Assembly (NCBI GenBank): GCA_002269645.1
Contig: NIVC01001548.1
Coordinates: 206,739 to 270,738, forward strand
DNA: 64,000 nt
Source of the DNA: Macrostomum lignano
Lineage: Eukaryota
Reading direction: 5' to 3'
Shown: piece by piece, positions 60,385-64,000 of the stretch
How the letters are laid out: each line of letters begins with the position of its first letter
Numbering within the stretch: the stretch's first letter is position 1
Program-made: the position numbers and the translations under genes
Notes under the pieces: generated by a model
What the model saw: the letters and a program-made list of their open reading frames with translations, nothing else
What the model was told of the DNA's origin: nothing
Database searches by the model: none

Positions 60385-62917
60385 CTAGCCCTCCTTGGCT
60401 CTCTTGCTCTCACTCTCCCCAGCGGCCGCGGCGGAAGCTTCAGCGCCGGCGGCGGCCTCGGCCTCCTGGCCGGCTGATGGCAGCTGGCGCTTGCGGGAGA
60501 CGCCTTCCGCCGCCTGCTGCTGGTCGGCGCCGTGGAAGCGGACCAGCACGGCCGTCATGTTGTCGCAGCCGGTCCCGTCCGAGTCCTCGGTGTTGGGGGC
60601 CAGGCAGTGGTCGAACAGGGCCTCGCACACCTGCTCGGGGCCAAGCCCGGCGGACAGGCGCTTCTCGCAGAAGTCCACGGCCTCCTGGGAGGACATCGAG
60701 TTCCAGATGCCGTCGCAGGCCAACAGAAGAAACCGGTGACTGTCTGTGATGGTGACCGAGCGAACGTCGGGCAGCGGGCTGATGATCTGCTTGGCGGCCG
60801 TCAGCTCGGAGTTCTGCTTGTAGGCGTGGTCTCCGATGGCTCGGCTCAAGTTCAGGCCGCCGTTCACGCGGCCCTCCTTAGTCACGTGACCGCCAGCAGT
60901 CTCGATGCGCTGCCGCTCTGGCTCATCCTCCGGCTTGTGATCGTCGCTCATGTCGACCGCGACGCCGGCATCGGACAGGACAGCGCGCGAGTCGCCAGCG
61001 TTGGCCACGAACAGCCGGTCGCCAACCATCAGGGCCACCACGGCGGTGGTCCCGGAGTCCACGCCGGGGTCGTCACCGGTGGGCATGATGACCTCGTACT
61101 CTTCTGACTCGTCCGATTCCTCGGATTCGGAGTCCTCCTCTTCATCATCGTCGCCTTCCTCACCTTCCTCGCCATCCTCCTCATCTTCATCGCCCTCATC
61201 TTTGCTTTCCTCGTCTTCCTCTTCTTCCTCCTCCTCTTCCTCATCCGCTTCGCCGGGCACGTAGTCTTTGTCGTCTTCCTCTGCCTCGGCGTCTTCCTCC
61301 GCCGCTGCCTTCGCCTCCGCATTCGACGAACTGCCGGCGCCCTCGTCGTTGGTGGCAGCAGCAGCGGTGGCGGCGGCGGCAGAACCATTGACGCCGTTAT
61401 CGGCAGAGTCGGCGGTGTGGGCGGCCGCCTCCCGCTCCGTATTCTCGTTGTTCTCGTTTTCAGCGACAGCGGCTTCAGCTGACTCGACTGGCGATTGAGA
61501 AGATTAAATAAGTTTGTAGGCAATAACTGAAGAATTGCTCAGAGAGGGTGATGGTCAGAATTGGTCAGAGGATGATGGTCAGAATTGGTCAGAGGATGAT
61601 GGTCAGAATTGGTCAGAGGATGATGGTCAGAATTGGTCAGAGGATGATGGTCAGAATTGGTCAGAGGATGATGGTCAGAATTGGTCAGAGGATGATGGTC
61701 AGAATTGGTCAGAGGATGATGGTCAGAATTGGTCAGAGGATGATGGTCAGAATTGGTCAGAGGATGATGGTCAGAATTGGTCAGAGGATGATGGTCAGAA
61801 TTGGTCAGAGGATGATGGTCAGAATTGGTCAGAGGATGATGGTCAGAATTGGTCAGAGGATGATGGTCAGAATTGGTCAGAGGATGATGGTCAGAATTGG
61901 TCAGAGGGTGATGGTCAGAATTGGTCAGAGGATGATGGTCAGAATTGCTCAGAGAGGGTGATGGTCAGAATTGGTCAGAGGATGATGGTCAGAATTGGTC
62001 AGAGGATGATGGTCAGAATTGGTCAGAGGATGATGGTCAGAATTGGTCAGAGGATGATGGTCAGAATTGGTCAGAGGATGATGGTCAGAATTGGTCAGAG
62101 GATGATGGTCAGAATTGGTCAGAGGATGATGGTCAGAATTGGTCAGAGGGTGATGGTCAGAATTGGTCAGAGGATGATGGTCAGAATTGGTCAGAGGGTG
62201 ATGGTCAGAATTGGTCAGAGGGTGATGGTCAGAATTGGTCAGAGGATGATGGTCAGAATTGGTCAGAGGGTGATGGTCAGAATTGGTCAGAGGATGATGG
62301 TCAGAATTGGTCAGAGGATGATGGTCAGAATTGGTCAGAGAGGGTGATATTTAGAATTGGTCAGAAATGGTCAGTGAATGATGGTAAGAGATTGGATCCG
62401 AAAAATCTCACCTTCCTCTGCCCTACGCTGACGCCTGGCCGCTGCGGCCGCGTTGATGGTGCGCAGCAGGCGGTCCAGCGGCATGTCAGCCTCCTCGCGC
62501 AGGGCGCTGGCCTCCTCGGCCATGGCGTCCTGGTCGGACTCGGAGTCGTCTTCGGCCGATTTGGCGAGGCTCTTCAGCACGGCGGCCACCTCGGGCTCGA
62601 GCAGCTTGGCATCGAGGCCAAGAAAGGCGTCCTTGAGCGCTTGTTCAAAGTCGCCGCTCTGGTAGGTGTCAGTCTGCAGCAGGTACTGGGGAGGTGCTTG
62701 GCCAGGTAGAGTGCCACCTCGGCGCCGCCGTGGCCATCAAAGACGGCGAACAGGTGCCGGTCTGGCTGGCTGGCGTCGAAGCCGGAGCGCAGGCGTGCGC
62801 GTCCTCCTGGCTGGTGCGCCAGCCCTGCATGGTGGAGTGGCCGTAGGCGATGCCGTCGGGCAGCTGGCCGCTGCCGGACACTTTGTTTACAACAGGTTTG
62901 TCTAGGAAGGCGCCCAT
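60385..62917 (-). CDS. PPM1G: Protein phosphatase 2C, PPM1G type with acidic insert; two apparent 1-bp frameshifts in exon 1
   Basis: Exons 62917-62412 and 61487-60385. Motifs: [29 protein letters not shown], long D/E tract, [48 protein letters not shown]. Confidence 0.92.
61536..62350. repeat. 24-bp minisatellite (gatgatggtcagaattggtcagag), ~33 copies, fills the PPM1G intron
   Basis: Read directly. Confidence 0.96.
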
Positions 62918-63303
62918 TGGCAGAAAAACAGGGGTAGTTAAAGGTAAATGTCACAAAAAGCAGTTTATGATATTACACAGTTTCTCAGTTAGTATTGTTT
63001 AAGGCCTTCTTGCATGAAATAAGAACTTTTTTGCAAATTAAATCTGCATGGATTTTTTAGAAAGCTAATTTGTTTTGCTTTGCATATTTTCCAAAGTATA
63101 TATTTTCTTTGTTTTAAATAGACAATTTTTTAGTAAAAATAGATCTATAAACCAAGGACGACTTAAGTAGAAGGACGGGAAACCTCGTTTCTTAGAAATT
63201 TTTTGAAGGCACTTTTTCCCGAAAAAATACACTGCGGAGATAGGAAATTTTCATTTTTTCAGCACAAAAATTGCTATAACTTTTGATAGGAGCAGATCCA
63301 GTG

Positions 63304-64000
63304 TTGATCTTTTGATATGTTGTGCCTTTTTTATTGCTCTATCGATATTTATAAAGCTTTCTGCTTCAGAAAATTAGGATTCTATGTTAATTTTTTATTC
63401 TACGTATATTTTCATGTGTCTTGTGCTTGAAATACATTAGAATGCCACGGCTTGGCTCTTTGATTTTATGAGTCTATTTTATCCTTCTTACCTGACTGTG
63501 TACGAATATTTGTAACAGAGATGATAAAATACATACGTGCGCAACAGTCGGCCGAGTCGGCCGATCCGGCCGACTGATTTGGCAGCCAACCAAGGAAGTC
63601 GCAAAAATGTCCACCTAAAAAAATACCCAAGTAGTAGTACTAAGTAGCTGACGACGGCATTTTGGCTTAATAAAACAGTCATAGTTACTCCTGCCGTTTA
63701 CCCAAAGTTGCGTTAATTTTGCTTTAGGGTTTTTTACATGTAAGTCGCATTTTTGGCCAAAAACACGTCGCATTTTTGTTAAAACTAAGTCGCACGGCGA
63801 CCGAATTTTGGAGGTTGCGCATGTATGATAAAATAGGTTCATAAAACCAATATTGAAGCTTGTCATGCATTTTTGTGATTTTTAGATACAGGAAATATAC
63901 GTAGAATAAAAAAATTAACATAGAATCCTAATTTTCTGAACAGAAAGCTTTATAAATATCGATAGAGCAATAAAAAAGGCACAACATATCAAAAGATCAA
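63304..64000. mobile_element. MITE/foldback-like element with long inverted repeats, cut by the window end
   Basis: 63304-63411 is the reverse complement of 63893-64000 apart from one indel; ~480-bp spacer; no coding capacity seen. Confidence 0.7.

Noticed and set aside
61535-62347. 270-aa ORF (DDGQNWSE)n
   Set aside because: 24-bp repeat, antisense in the PPM1G intron
92-62350. CRISPR-like appearance of 30-40-bp repeats
   Set aside because: Units are head-to-tail with no unique spacers, no cas genes, eukaryotic context
61536-62350. TGGTCA-gaat-TGGTCA as nuclear-receptor DR4 sites
   Set aside because: Half-sites deviate from RGGTCA and there is no independent support

Overview
Animal genomic DNA with spliceosomal introns, GC3-rich exons and a different minisatellite in almost every intron. 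The style fits the flatworm Macrostomum lignano; this is an inference, supported by a spliced-leader-like match recalled from memory. Exon structures were built by hand. Genes: an unidentified terminal exon (+), an OSBPL1/2-type oxysterol-binding protein (+, 7 exons), PIGW/GWT1 (-), NADH-cytochrome b5 reductase (-), a divergent bestrophin (-), phospholipase C beta-4/norpA (+, about 22 exons), a CaaX-tailed calmodulin-like protein (-) and PPM1G-type PP2C (-). Most long ORFs in the track are translations of tandem repeats. Main highlights: (1) a 1274-bp non-coding insert at 27421-28694 flanked by a perfect 124-bp direct repeat, with an (AAC)n tail and a 5' end resembling the first 22 nt of the flatworm spliced leader, i.e. 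a candidate SL-headed retroposon; (2) a U12-type intron in PLCB4 filled with a minisatellite carrying major-class GTAAGT donors; (3) PIGW has no genomic start codon and could take its AUG from the trans-spliced leader; (4) three 1-bp frameshifts in PLCB4 and PPM1G that look like assembly errors.
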